This document shows positions 28,822-39,528 of a stretch of 64,000 bases of DNA, piece by piece. Location: the NCBI GenBank assembly GCA_963752255.1, contig CAVVXT010000005.1:10117-74116 (forward strand), written 5' to 3'. Positions within the stretch are counted from its first letter, which is position 1. Each line of letters starts with the position of its first letter. This stretch comes from Nitrososphaeria archaeon (GTDB lineage: Archaea > Thermoproteota > Nitrososphaeria > JACIWG01). The notes beneath the pieces are model-generated. The model was given only the letters and a program-made list of their open reading frames with translations, had not been told where the DNA came from and ran no database searches. The translations under genes and the position numbers were made by a program.

Positions 28822-29379
28822 TTACACATTTTTTAGAGAAACCAATATCAACCAAATAGAAGCCATGATTATTGTCGCCGTCTCTTGTATTGCTAGGCCG
28901 TGCCAGGGCCACTGTTCAAACCAAATAATCGCGCACGTGATTCCAAAGACTAGGGATAAGGCTCCTATCTTTGGAGTACCAAGAGGCCACGAGAGAAAGC
29001 TGTAGACAAGCATCGTAACAACCGCCGCTAGAAAGAAAATCACCGATACCGTTCCATGAATTCCTCCAGCATCCTCGTTGAACACTCCTATCAAGAAGAG
29101 ACTGATAGAGGATACAGTAAAAAGCGGTGTCCATAACAAGAATTTCCAAGAACGTTTAACATATGACAGAAGTAGGTTAAACGAAATCGAGAGTAAGCCA
29201 GCCATCATAACTCCTAAGTCGAATATGTATGCGGCATAACCATTACGCGATATGCTGCCAAGGTCGCTCAAAGCGTTATCGTAAATGCTAAACCATGGTG
29301 AGAGAACAATGGAAGCTACAATAAATAAGTATGGAAAAGTGGCCCCTATGATTCCTATAGTCTTAATCAGTTTAATCAT
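28822..29379 (-). CDS. DUF998-like membrane protein
   Basis: Six TM segments. SPWFSIYDNALSDLG matches the paralogue at 55584..56236. Confidence 0.6.
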   Translation of the reverse strand: MIKLIKTIGIIGATFPYLFIVASIVLSPWFSIYDNALSDLGSISRNGYAAYIFDLGVMMAGLLSISFNLLLSYVKRSWKFLLWTPLFTVSSISLFLIGVFNEDAGGIHGTVSVIFFLAAVVTMLVYSFLSWPLGTPKIGALSLVFGITCAIIWFEQWPWHGLAIQETATIIMASIWLILVSLKNV

Positions 29380-29555
29380 ACAACATGTAAATGGAAAGAC
29401 TGATAATTAACTATTATAGTGCCCCTCTTAGAAATTGATGATTTAGACTTATTTTAAATTCTTTATTATTCATATGGATTAGAAATGTTATTAGTACCCA
29501 AATTTGTAAGCCTATACCAAGAAGATAGTACGATGACAGTTTACGTAACTGTAGT

Positions 29556-29870
29556 TTATGTTTGCTCGGATTTTTGTCCTTTATTTCTGAACAAATAAAT
29601 TGATAGAATGACTTCTACAATGATATTTCCAACTGCAAAAAGTGTAGCAGAAACTAAGTTTATGGAAACGATATATAGAATCAGAAGGCTTATCAAGATC
29701 CACACAAATACAAACTCTATTATAATTTGAGATGCCCCTGTTCTCTTTTGTACGCCTTCTCTACGCTTTTTCCTACTATCAAAAAAAAGATAGATGCTAA
29801 TTAAGATTATGAATATGATACTAAAGGTAATGGTTATTACCCACCAAGTGAATAGATTAAATTCTATCAT
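29556..29870 (-). CDS. Small membrane protein (104 aa)
   Basis: Three hydrophobic segments. AT-rich. No motif recognised. Confidence 0.45.
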   Translation of the reverse strand: MIEFNLFTWWVITITFSIIFIILISIYLFFDSRKKRREGVQKRTGASQIIIEFVFVWILISLLILYIVSINLVSATLFAVGNIIVEVILSIYLFRNKGQKSEQT

Positions 29871-29883
29871 TTTCTATACACCA

Positions 29884-32458
29884 TTAGAACTTGCATATCT
29901 TATAAAAGAACACCTTTCCAGCGTCCACTAACAAAAGATAGGTGAGAACCATGAGAATTAGGAGAACCCAATAATATGCTGGAAGTGCTACAAACCCAAG
30001 GAAACTTCCTAGGAATGTGAATGGAAGTATAGTTCCAAAAGCTACCAAGGATAGTGTAAATATCGTTAGCCATTTTCCAGGACGACTAGTTGACAAATGG
30101 TATACGTCTTGTTCTGATTACGAATATTACCAGGACTTCTGTCCAGAATGATTCTACGAACCATCCACTTTGGAATAGGGGTGCCTTGTCTACAGTTACA
30201 GCTCCAAATATGAAAAGCATAATGCCGAATGTTAGAAAATCGTAAAGTGAACTAAAGGGTCCAAAGAAGAGTGTGAACTTCCTTACGAAGCTGATATCCC
30301 ATTTCTTAGGCCATTTGGTGTATTCTTCATCGACATTATCTGTTGGGAGAGTCATGTTCGACATGTCGTAAAGTAGGTTCATGAAGAGTATCTGCATAGG
30401 TAGCATCGGAAGGAACGGGAGAAACACTGCTGCTGCAGCTACACTAAACATGTTTCCAAAGTTTGAACTTGTCCCCATCAAAATGTATTTAGTAGTATTG
30501 CCAAAGATCTTGCGCCCCTCTTCTATTCCATTAGCAAGTGTGCCTAAATCCTTCTCAAGGAGCACTATGTCTGCTGCGTCCTTTGAGACGTCAACCGCAG
30601 TGTCTACAGAAATGCCCACATCTGCCTCATAGAGAGCTGGAGCGTCGTTAACTCCATCCCCCATAAAACCAACGACGTGACCGTTTTTCTTTAAGGCTTT
30701 AATAACATCGAGCTTCTGTTCAGGAGTGATCCTCGCAAATATCGTGGTCTCTTCTACTAACTCTTGAAATTCGACAGTACTCATCTGTGCTAGCTCTGAA
30801 CCATTAACTACTTTATTGACAGAGATCTTAAGATCTTCACAGACCTTTCTTGCAACAAGTTCGTTGTCTCCAGTTAATATTTTGACCGTAACCCCCATCT
30901 CTTTTAATTTTTCAATAGATTGATGTGCACTCTCCTTAGGTGGGTCAGTAAATATCAGAAATCCCAAAAAAGTCAGATCATTTTCATCCTCAACTGAATA
31001 CAGTTTTTTTTCTTCTATTTGGCGATAAGCGATAGCGAGAATACGATATCCCTGTTGTGAAAGATTGAGGAATTTTGCGTTAATAGAATCGATTGTATCA
31101 CTTATAAATACGTTCTTTTCAATTATGTCAACGCTTTTGCATTTTGGAATGATCGATTCTGGGGCCCCTTTTGTTATGAGCATTAAGCCCCCTTCCTTTC
31201 TAACTATAACCGACATCATTCGTCTTTGATAATCGAAAGGAATTTCTTCCACTTTAGAGTATGTCTCCAAACCTTTCTGATTGTTGTTCTTTATCGCGTA
31301 TTCCCAAATTGAAGCGTCGATAGGATTTCCAGTAACTTTCGCTCCAATGATAGCTGTGTTACAAAGTAAGGCGTATGTTAAAATTCTAGGATCCTTATCT
31401 TCTTCAAGACTATAATAGTCTTTTAGACCGATCTTCCCATCTGTAAGTGTGCCAGTCTTATCTGTATAAAGAATGTCCATGTTTCCAAAATCTTCAATGG
31501 ACACTAAGCGTTTTACAATGACCTTTAACTTAGCCATATTTCTGGCTCCTTGTGAAAGGCTTATGGTTACTATGGCGGGCATAAGTTCAGGAACTAGCCC
31601 AACTGCAACCGCAAGAGAGAAGAGAAGCGCGTCTACCATCGGACGACCAACGATTATTAGAGCAGCGAAAATTCCGATGGCCAGGGCAAGGGTTAGAGTC
31701 ATAAGCAGGGTTCCATATCTCTTAACTCCTCTCTGGAATTCAGTTTCCGGGTGAGATCTTGTTAAACTCTTAGATATGGACCCTAGTTCTGTGTTTTTTC
31801 CAGTTGAGAAGACAACTCCTAGTCCGCTACCGTGTTCAACTGTGGTGCCCATGAATAGGTAGTTTTTTAATTGCTGTGGTGTAGGATTTTTGATATCGAT
31901 TGGATCCTTTGTTTTTTCGACTGGAAACGATTCTCCAGTAAAGGTTGCTTCGTTAACTTCGAGGCTATTGTATTCAACTATCCTCATGTCTGCTGGAACA
32001 ATATCGCCCACATAGACTGTGACGATGTCCCCTGGAACCAAAAAACTTGAATCGATTTCAGAATTTTTTCCATCCCTCTTAACAACTGCTTTCAGAGATA
32101 CACTTTTCCTGAGGTCGTCAACGATCTTTTCCGCTTTATTTTCATTGTAGAAACCTAAAATAACGCTTATAACAATCATTGAAAGTATAACTATAGACTG
32201 ATCGAACTCACCAAAGAAGCCCGCTATAACGGCAGCCGCGATCAGAATTGTAAATATTGGATTCTTTAATTGCCTTAAGAACACTTGGATTCCACTAAAG
32301 GCTTGTCTTGGCAGTAGGTTTTGACCGTATGTTTTAAGCCGTTGCTGAGCTTCCCGTTGTGATAAACCTTCCAAATTTGTCTCAAGAGCCTTGTAAACGT
32401 CTATCGGAGGAGGTGACCAGTAATCAGTGCGTTTAAGAATAGTTTGGTCTTTCGACAT
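29884..32458 (-). pseudogene. mgtA: Mg2+-importing P-type ATPase, frameshifted near 30085-30094
   Basis: DKTGTLT, TGDN, GDGVNDAPAL, IRTRRIPF. The last 70 aa (SRPGKWLTIF...) continue in another frame. Removing one nt in caactagtcgt restores PFVNSRPGKW. Confidence 0.85.
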
Positions 32459-32543
32459 TTTTATACCTCCAAAAAGCTGCTCTAAAGCCCTAAAAAATAT
32501 GGAGATAAAGGTGTTTAGAAAACTTTAATTCGTGGAATTCAGC

Positions 32544-33314
32544 TTATTCAGGCTCTTCGTGTATATCTATCCTTGAGACGTTTGGATATTCGTTTCTAAC
32601 AGCTTTCTCGATTTCATTAGATATCTCATGAGCTTTTTCCAAACTGATCTCTGGATCGAAATGGCAGTGTAGGACTAAATGTAAATTGCCACCTATTCTG
32701 CGGACTTCAATATCGTGCACTTTCTTGACTTCCGGAAAACGTTTTGCTACATGTTCAATATACAATTCCAGTTCCGCGTCGACCCCTATCATTTCCCTAG
32801 ATATTCTATCCGATGCTGATTCGATGTGGACAGTAACATCTTCAAAACCTAGGTTTAATGCTCTTATCCTTCTCTCAACCTCTTCTGATATGTCGTGAGC
32901 TTGTTTGATGGTAATGTTAGCGCTCACTTCAAGGTGAAAGTCTACGAGCAATTTTCCATTTATCTTTTGAATATGAATATTATGCACTCCTCTCGAACCG
33001 GGAACTCCTTCTGCTGTTTCTTTTATGACCATCCATATATTTTCGTGACCAATTTTTAGCGGCTGTGTGTTGACCGTAACTCTTGAATTAGGAATAATAT
33101 TTTTTACTTCTCTTTCAACATTTAATGCAATTCGATGAGCCTCGTCGAGCTCTAAATTGCTGTCAAGCCAAACATTTATCGAAATGTCATACCTTTTTCC
33201 TGTAATTCGAACTCTTGGTTGGTCACAGCCTCTAACCTCCTTTATTGACTCAACCCTTTTCTTAACTATTTTTGATATCTCTTCGCTAGAGCGTTCTATT
33301 AAAGGGAGTGGCAA
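32544..33314 (-). CDS. Soluble protein of three tandem cation-efflux (CDF) C-terminal-like domains
   Basis: Three repeats of about 80 aa, each with hxhRxxGxxhhhxhHhxh...hxxAHxIxxxhExxh (VRGCDQPRVRITGKRYDISINVWL...EAHRIA; VHNIHIQKINGKLLVDFHLEV...QAHDIS; VHDIEVRRIGGNLHLVLHCHF...KAHEIS). No TM segment. Confidence 0.7.
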   Translation of the reverse strand: MPLPLIERSSEEISKIVKKRVESIKEVRGCDQPRVRITGKRYDISINVWLDSNLELDEAHRIALNVEREVKNIIPNSRVTVNTQPLKIGHENIWMVIKETAEGVPGSRGVHNIHIQKINGKLLVDFHLEVSANITIKQAHDISEEVERRIRALNLGFEDVTVHIESASDRISREMIGVDAELELYIEHVAKRFPEVKKVHDIEVRRIGGNLHLVLHCHFDPEISLEKAHEISNEIEKAVRNEYPNVSRIDIHEEPE

Positions 33315-33551
33315 TATTTATTCTCCGTATAATATATATCTTATAGTGTATATTTAATGATATTATAAAAAAGGTCTGTTATCCTATTGAAAAATATCTT
33401 CAACATGTTACTTAATTTATTGGAGTGGTCTTATCTAAAGAAAGCAATCTAATGACACTCTTATATGATGTTACGTTAGTAACAGTTATGATAATAGTTG
33501 AAAAACTTATTTTATGGTTATAATCACAAATTTTAAACAGATAACCAAATT

Positions 33552-33752
33552 TTAGACTATCTTTGATCTAAGATTATGCTTATAAATTTCTGGACTATCT
33601 AGCCATGAAAATATAACATCAGCCTTGTATTCATCGTATACGTCGAATAAGCGTTTTTTTGTTTGGTCCAGTAGTTCTTGATTTTCTTGGCTTGGATTTT
33701 TTCGATAGATATTCAAAGCGACCCTGAATTCTCTCCTTGCTGCTTCAATCAT
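33552..33752 (-). CDS. Hypothetical small helical protein (66 aa)
   Basis: ORF track. A 26-codon ORF (about 33749-33829) overlaps its start by ATGA. Confidence 0.4.
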   Translation of the reverse strand: MIEAARREFRVALNIYRKNPSQENQELLDQTKKRLFDVYDEYKADVIFSWLDSPEIYKHNLRSKIV

Positions 33753-33982
33753 TATTCTTTGCTTTTTCTAGCTTTGCAAGCCCGCTCAATGTTGGCGCAT
33801 TATTAAACTGTGACCTTCCGTTCATATCCAATCAGGCCTTTTTTGCCACATAAATGATATGTAGTAGAATATAATATACTTTTCGCTAATATTCAATATT
33901 TCTTTAAGCTCCGTTAAAATTTAGCTTGCTATTAACCTGAAGATTCTTTATCGTGTACTTGATGTGACATCGTTTCCGCCTC

Positions 33983-34327
33983 TCATTTAGGCTGCCCCTT
34001 CTCTAGAAGCTCCCGAATACGTTTTAACTCAGCCAAAATTTGGAGATCAACATTTTCTGGAGCCAGTGAAGGTCTTCTCTGACGGTCTTCTCTGGGATAT
34101 TCTCCTCGATGGCGGTCTTCCGTTCTTGGCGGTCTTCTCTTAGCCCAGCACTCTTGGCAGTAGACAGGGCGATCTCCTGTTGGCCGGAATGGAACTTCAC
34201 ATTCCTTACCACAGTCAGCGCAAACACTTTTATGCATCTCTCTGGAACTGCGATCAAAACCTTGCCTACCTCTAGGACTGCGCGCGCGGTTAGAACTTCG
34301 TCTATCTCTAAAACCCATTTCGTTCAC
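33983..34327 (-). CDS. CxxC-x17-CxxC zinc-ribbon protein with Arg-rich disordered flanks
   Basis: CADCGKECEVPFRPTGDRPVYCQECW is read directly. RDRRSS/RGRQG/PRTEDRHRG low-complexity flanks. Confidence 0.7.
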   Translation of the reverse strand: MNEMGFRDRRSSNRARSPRGRQGFDRSSREMHKSVCADCGKECEVPFRPTGDRPVYCQECWAKRRPPRTEDRHRGEYPREDRQRRPSLAPENVDLQILAELKRIRELLEKGQPK

Positions 34328-34474
34328 TCCTTTTTTCTTAAGTATACCTACAAAATAGCTTGCTTTAAGTCTTTGTTGGAGGCGATGAATTGTTTTTCCT
34401 TGAGCATATGACTTGGGCTTATATTTGGAATATTCCTTTTGAAGGAGACATCAATTTTATCAAAATCAAGTTTT

Positions 34475-35044
34475 TCAAGGAAGGTTAATTGTTTCTTTGA
34501 ATGTATCACGTATTTTTTCTACTGTCTTAATGAGGCTGTCTCCCCTTTTTCTGTCGAACAAGATAAAGAGTATATTCAGATAATTGCAGTCATCACTGTA
34601 CTCTTGCCGGTCGTCCACTAAAACGAAATTGTTCTTATCTGATTCTTTGTCGATTATATACTTTAACTGGCGTCTTTTAGCCCCGAAGTTATCTCTTGGG
34701 AGAACTTCTCTTAAATAAGGTCTTAAATTATATTTATCTATGAAGATATTTAGAGCTTTCTCAGACTGCATTGAGGCTATGTAAACTGGGCCTTTAAAAG
34801 ATTTGATCGCGGGTTTAACGTCATCGAATAATTGGGCTTTATGGATCACTTTTAATTCTTGTTCCTCTATTATTTTGCTGTACAGATCGAACATTACTGT
34901 TCCGTAACAGTCTTCCAAAAAGGTGATTATATCCTCAATATCATGTCCTGCGATCTCAGAAGTCCTTTTATATACAATCCTCCAGTCAATGTCTAAATCT
35001 GTTATTACGCCGTCCAGGTCCAATATTAAAATCGTCTTCTTCAT
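34475..35044 (-). CDS. HAD-superfamily hydrolase
   Basis: ILILDLDGVITD (motif I) and VLVDD (motif IV-like). Confidence 0.7.
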   Translation of the reverse strand: MKKTILILDLDGVITDLDIDWRIVYKRTSEIAGHDIEDIITFLEDCYGTVMFDLYSKIIEEQELKVIHKAQLFDDVKPAIKSFKGPVYIASMQSEKALNIFIDKYNLRPYLREVLPRDNFGAKRRQLKYIIDKESDKNNFVLVDDRQEYSDDCNYLNILFILFDRKRGDSLIKTVEKIRDTFKETINLP

Positions 35045-35277
35045 TCGGAAGCTCTCCTAGTTCAAGTTTGTACAACCCCACTACCTTATGAAAGAGTCAT
35101 AAATGTTTTGCTACAAAAAACAAAACGATTGCACCGAATTCTTCGAGTATGCATAGATGTGACTTGACAAATGCTCGTTTCAAGATAACAAAACAATGTC
35201 GTGTACACTGTTACAAGCCTGACATGAAAGAAAAAGTGAAGATGGATTGTGTCGGCTTTTCTTAATCATCTTCACTG

Positions 35278-35724
35278 CTATTGTCCTTTTACTAAACTCC
35301 TCAAGATATCTAGTCTTTTCTTAGCCTTTTTATTTGAGTTTAAAAGTATCTGGTTTGCTTCTCCTGATATATGCGCAATCTTCCCTGTAACATCAGCATA
35401 TAATTGGGATATCTGTTCTTCTATAATTGTCGCCTTATCAATTGCTGTGATTTGTCTGTTTAAAATCGTGTCATCTATTCCTTTTAAACACTTTTCAATT
35501 TCCACTCCCGATATCGGTTCAAGTGTGAACTCCACTATTGTTTCCCGTTTTGTCGTCTCAATCTTTTTCGCAATGTCTTGATGCTCCTTTGAAAAAATTT
35601 GAAAATAGTTCGATAGCTCCCCATCCGCTCCTATTCTCGAGCTAGTGTAAAAATTCCCAGCCCTTACTTCAATATCTATGAGCCTACTCAATAAAGAGCT
35701 CATAGTGTACCTTTCTTCATCCAT
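35278..35724 (-). CDS. Hypothetical helical protein (148 aa), co-transcribed with the aldehyde dehydrogenase
   Basis: Starts 2 nt after the stop of 35726..37204. All-helical composition. No motif recognised. Confidence 0.55.
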   Translation of the reverse strand: MDEERYTMSSLLSRLIDIEVRAGNFYTSSRIGADGELSNYFQIFSKEHQDIAKKIETTKRETIVEFTLEPISGVEIEKCLKGIDDTILNRQITAIDKATIIEEQISQLYADVTGKIAHISGEANQILLNSNKKAKKRLDILRSLVKGQ

Positions 35725-35725
35725 C

Positions 35726-37204
35726 CTACCATCTTTCGATGACTACCTTCTTATCAGTGAAGAAATCTACACAATCAATCTGTCCGTGTAATGTTCCAAA
35801 GAAGGAGTCTCTTCTTCCACCAAAGGGAAAGAACGCCATTGCCGCAGCTATACCTATGTTTATTCCGATGTTTCCTGCGTTTGCCTGTCTCCTGAACTCC
35901 CTTGCGTTCTTACCATTCTTCGTGAAGAGACATGCTGCGTTACCGTAGTTTGTCTTACGGTTTATCATGTCGAGCGCCTCACGTAGATTTTGGGCTCTGA
36001 TTATTGATGCTACTGGACCAAATATTTCTTCTCTTGCAATCGTCATATCAGGTGTCACATCATCGAACACGCTGCCCCCTAGAAAGTATCCATTAGGGTA
36101 ATCCGGAACTCTTGGATTTCTCCCATCAAGTGTCAGTTTAGCACCTTCGTCGACACCTTTTTGTATGTAACCCACTATTCGTTCCTTAGACTTTTTAGTG
36201 ACTACAGGACCCATCTCGATGGATTCGTCAAGTCCGTATCCAAGCCTCATCTTCGCAATCGCCTGTACAAAACGATCCCGAAGTTTTTCGTGCATGCCTC
36301 CTATCAGAACTAGGTTCGATCCAGATCGACACCTTTGACCCGTATTGCCAAAGAATGATGGCATTAGAGCTTGGATTGTCCTATCTATATCAGTATCCTC
36401 ATCGACCACAACATAGTTCTTCGCACCCGCTTGACATATGGCCCTTTTACCATATTCCCCTGCAAGCTTGTAGACCTGTTTTGCGACAGGTGTTGAGCCA
36501 ACAAAGCAGACTCCTTTAGTATGCGGACTCGTTACGATGGCTTCGCTTACATCTTTCCCTCCATGAACGATGTTCACAACACCCTCAGGGAACCCTACTT
36601 CATCAAAGGCATTCAGAGCCCATTGCATAGGTAACGGAGTAATTTCACTTGGCTTTACAACCAATGTGCAACCAACTGTTAACGCTATAGGAATAAACCA
36701 GAAGGGAGCAAGAGAAGGAAAGTTGAATGGACCTAAGATGCCAAACACACCTAACGGTTCCTTAACAAGTGTCTCGTCAATTCCTGTGGCGACCTGATCC
36801 AGATGCTCACCCTTAGCAAGTGTATAAGAAATCGAACAAGCGGTTTCAATATTCTCCGTGAGCCTTCTGGTTTCTCCCCTTGCCTCATCGATTATCTTTC
36901 CATGATTCTGAGTTGTTATCCTTGCAATATCTTCTATTCGCTCATCTATCCTCTGCTTTAGCTTATAGATGTAACCTACTCTTGTAGTAATGGGTAATTC
37001 TCTCCACTTTTCAAACGCGTCCTCTGCGATCTTGATTGCATCATCAACCTCTTCTTTTTTGGAGAAGGGTACTTCAGCAATCGCTGTGTCAAATGCTGGA
37101 TTCATAACCTTTTGATACTGCGACGTTTTAGATTCTATATATTCACCGTTTACATAAAGAGGCAGTTTTCCATATTCATTTTTAATTTCCTGTAATATGG
37201 CCAT
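35726..37204 (-). CDS. Aldehyde dehydrogenase, methylmalonate-semialdehyde dehydrogenase-like
   Basis: ALDH core (FGNTGQRC catalytic Cys region, EEIFGPV) and the MMSDH-type tail FPFGGRRDSFFGTLHGQ...FFTDKKVVIERW. Confidence 0.85.
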   Translation of the reverse strand: MAILQEIKNEYGKLPLYVNGEYIESKTSQYQKVMNPAFDTAIAEVPFSKKEEVDDAIKIAEDAFEKWRELPITTRVGYIYKLKQRIDERIEDIARITTQNHGKIIDEARGETRRLTENIETACSISYTLAKGEHLDQVATGIDETLVKEPLGVFGILGPFNFPSLAPFWFIPIALTVGCTLVVKPSEITPLPMQWALNAFDEVGFPEGVVNIVHGGKDVSEAIVTSPHTKGVCFVGSTPVAKQVYKLAGEYGKRAICQAGAKNYVVVDEDTDIDRTIQALMPSFFGNTGQRCRSGSNLVLIGGMHEKLRDRFVQAIAKMRLGYGLDESIEMGPVVTKKSKERIVGYIQKGVDEGAKLTLDGRNPRVPDYPNGYFLGGSVFDDVTPDMTIAREEIFGPVASIIRAQNLREALDMINRKTNYGNAACLFTKNGKNAREFRRQANAGNIGINIGIAAAMAFFPFGGRRDSFFGTLHGQIDCVDFFTDKKVVIERW

Positions 37205-37292
37205 TTTTTATCCTACTTTCAGCTCGACACTCTAAAGTTAAAAACATACCTATCCGGGAATAAAAAAAGGGTAATCTACAATATCAGATAGA

Positions 37293-38431
37293 CTATAGTG
37301 TTTCGCCGACTATTTCTAAGAGATCTTTTTCATCGAGTTCCACAATGTTGTTCTCTAGATTTCTTTTAAACGAAAGCCCTTCTTGTACGATGGCATTTTT
37401 CTCTTCCTCCTTGATTCCGAGGTCACCCAGCTTCTTAGCGATGCCGATTTGATCCAACGTCCCACGTATTTTCTTGACGAAATATTCTGCATCCTTTTGT
37501 TGGAAGCCACTAAGAAGGGATAATTCTTCTAATCTTTTCCGGATATCTTCAATTTCATAAGATAAGATATTTGGAAGAAACATGATAGTCGCAACCCCAT
37601 GAGGAATATGGTATTTTGAAGATAGGTAGTATCCTAGAGCGTGGGCCACCGTTGTTCCAGTAGTGTTTATTGCAGCACCTCCTAGACATGCAGCGTAAAG
37701 CATATGTTCCTTGGCATCTTCTTCACCACCGTAGGCTTTGACGATGTTTTCGAAGGCGACCTTTGAAGCTTCTGCAGAATAGAGGTCGGAGATGGGTGAA
37801 TGTTTTTTGCCTAAAAAGGATTCGACCGCGTGACAAAGGGCATCCGATCCTGTTGAAGCAATCAAACTCGGAGGCAAAGGTTTTAATGTGTCCGCGTCCA
37901 ATAGCGCAAACCTTGGGATAAGTGGATCACCAGTATTGTCTTCTTCTTTTTAGAACTGTCTTCTGTTATAATTGCATATTTTGTTACTTCACTGCCTGTA
38001 CCGCACGTTGTAGGAACAGCTATTACTGGATACAGTTCTTTTTCAACAACGTTTGGATAATAGTAATCTCTTATATTTCCTCCAAGCTTCGCTGCAAGGG
38101 AAACAGCTTTAGCTGAATCGATGACGCTCCCACCTCCGAAAGCTAAGATTTGATCACATCCGCTATCCAGAAAGATATCTAATATCTTCTTCAGACCTTT
38201 TTCTGTTGGGCTTACTTCAACTTCATCGTACATGTATAACGGAATTTCTTTTTCACTTATCTTCTCTAATATATATTCCGTAAAGCCATATTTTGTGGCA
38301 AAATCACTCATAGTAATCAAGAAGACCTTTTTCCCATACTGAGAGACTACTTCACCTATTTTTGATAGACCTCCTCTTCCGAAGATGATCTTCGTTGGTA
38401 AATGATACTGAAAGCTTTCCAAGAATATCAC
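37293..38431 (-). pseudogene. Iron-containing alcohol dehydrogenase, frameshifted near 37925-37935
   Basis: GGGSVIDSAK, VPTTCGTGSEVT, then GDPLIPRFALLDADTLKPLPPSLIASTGSDALCHAVE in another frame. A 1-nt deletion is inferred in acaatactggtgat. Confidence 0.85.
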
Positions 38432-38518
38432 ACAGTCAAGTCTTTAAATTATTTAGTTAAAAATGTTATTAAGACCAACTAGAAGATCAGCTTCTGCTTG
38501 ACATTAACATATGTTTAA

Positions 38519-39208
38519 TTATATCTTAAATAATAGACCTGAATACTTATCCATTCTTATTTTTTCCCCTTCTGGTTGTACCATCCAAGTCATCCAGCAA
38601 AGTTCTATGGGCCTATATCCTGTCTTTGAGGCGATTTCCTCCATCTTTTTTACAAATTGGATATTGTCTTCAACAGGTTTTTCCCCGGCTTTTCGCAGGA
38701 TACCGTTTATTACCCTCTTTACTATCTTGTCAGGCATGACGGTGTCAACTCCACCCATCATTCTCAGATATTGGAAGGTGACTATTCCAACGCCCTGTAT
38801 TGCACCAATAGGATCTTTGTCCCATGTTTCTAGGCTAGCTTGTCCTGCCCATTTCCTAAGATTGGATCTATCTTCATCACCTAGAAGTGATAGATAGGAT
38901 GAAATACCGTTTGCGATCGCCCAAGACCTCCTGTTACTCCATACAGTTCTTAATTCTTCTAAATCTGCTTTAACAAGATCCCTAAGGCTAATTATTCTCC
39001 CGTTCTCAACGAACCTGTTATCGAACTCTTTAACCTTAGGAACTACTGCAGTAAAATAATTCAAGCCTATTGACGTGAACGCTGCGTCGACGACCATCAG
39101 AATTACGTGACCACCCCATCTTTCAGTCCTAAGACATCTATCGCAATATCCTTCTATCCCAGAAACCTTATCCATGTGACTATCAATCAACTTTTTTAAT
39201 AGGTCCAT
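38519..39208 (-). CDS. Uncharacterised protein with a helix-hairpin-helix-like motif
   Basis: IGAIQGVGIVTFQYLRMMGGVDTVMPDKIVKRV resembles the HhH-GPD motif followed by an Asp. Confidence 0.55.
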   Translation of the reverse strand: MDLLKKLIDSHMDKVSGIEGYCDRCLRTERWGGHVILMVVDAAFTSIGLNYFTAVVPKVKEFDNRFVENGRIISLRDLVKADLEELRTVWSNRRSWAIANGISSYLSLLGDEDRSNLRKWAGQASLETWDKDPIGAIQGVGIVTFQYLRMMGGVDTVMPDKIVKRVINGILRKAGEKPVEDNIQFVKKMEEIASKTGYRPIELCWMTWMVQPEGEKIRMDKYSGLLFKI

Positions 39209-39341
39209 TTGGAGTACGCCGATTGTCTATTTACAAGATAAAATGCAACCTTGTATATATTATTGTTTCGTTCCTGTAGTCCGATTTTGCAAAAAACGCT
39301 TATCTACGTCTAAGGTTATTTATTGCAACGTGAATTTATAG

Positions 39342-39479
39342 GGAAAGATACTGGAAAGCTTCAAAGAGAGAACTAGAGAATCTTATGAGAAATTCTCGGA
39401 GGCGAAGAAGTATCTTCCGGGGGGAGATACACGCGACTCAATCTTCTACACTTCATGCCCTGTATTTATGTCAAGATAG
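39342..39479 (+). pseudogene. N-terminal remnant of a class-III (GSA-type) aminotransferase
   Basis: Open frame ILESFKERTRESYEKFSEAKKYLPGGDTRDSIFYTSCPVFMSR* has no start codon. The xxPGGxxR pattern is typical of the family N-terminus. Confidence 0.4.
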
Positions 39480-39528
39480 ATGTAATTACATTTTTTTAAA
39501 TATCCTCTTTGACTTAATGTTTATCTAA

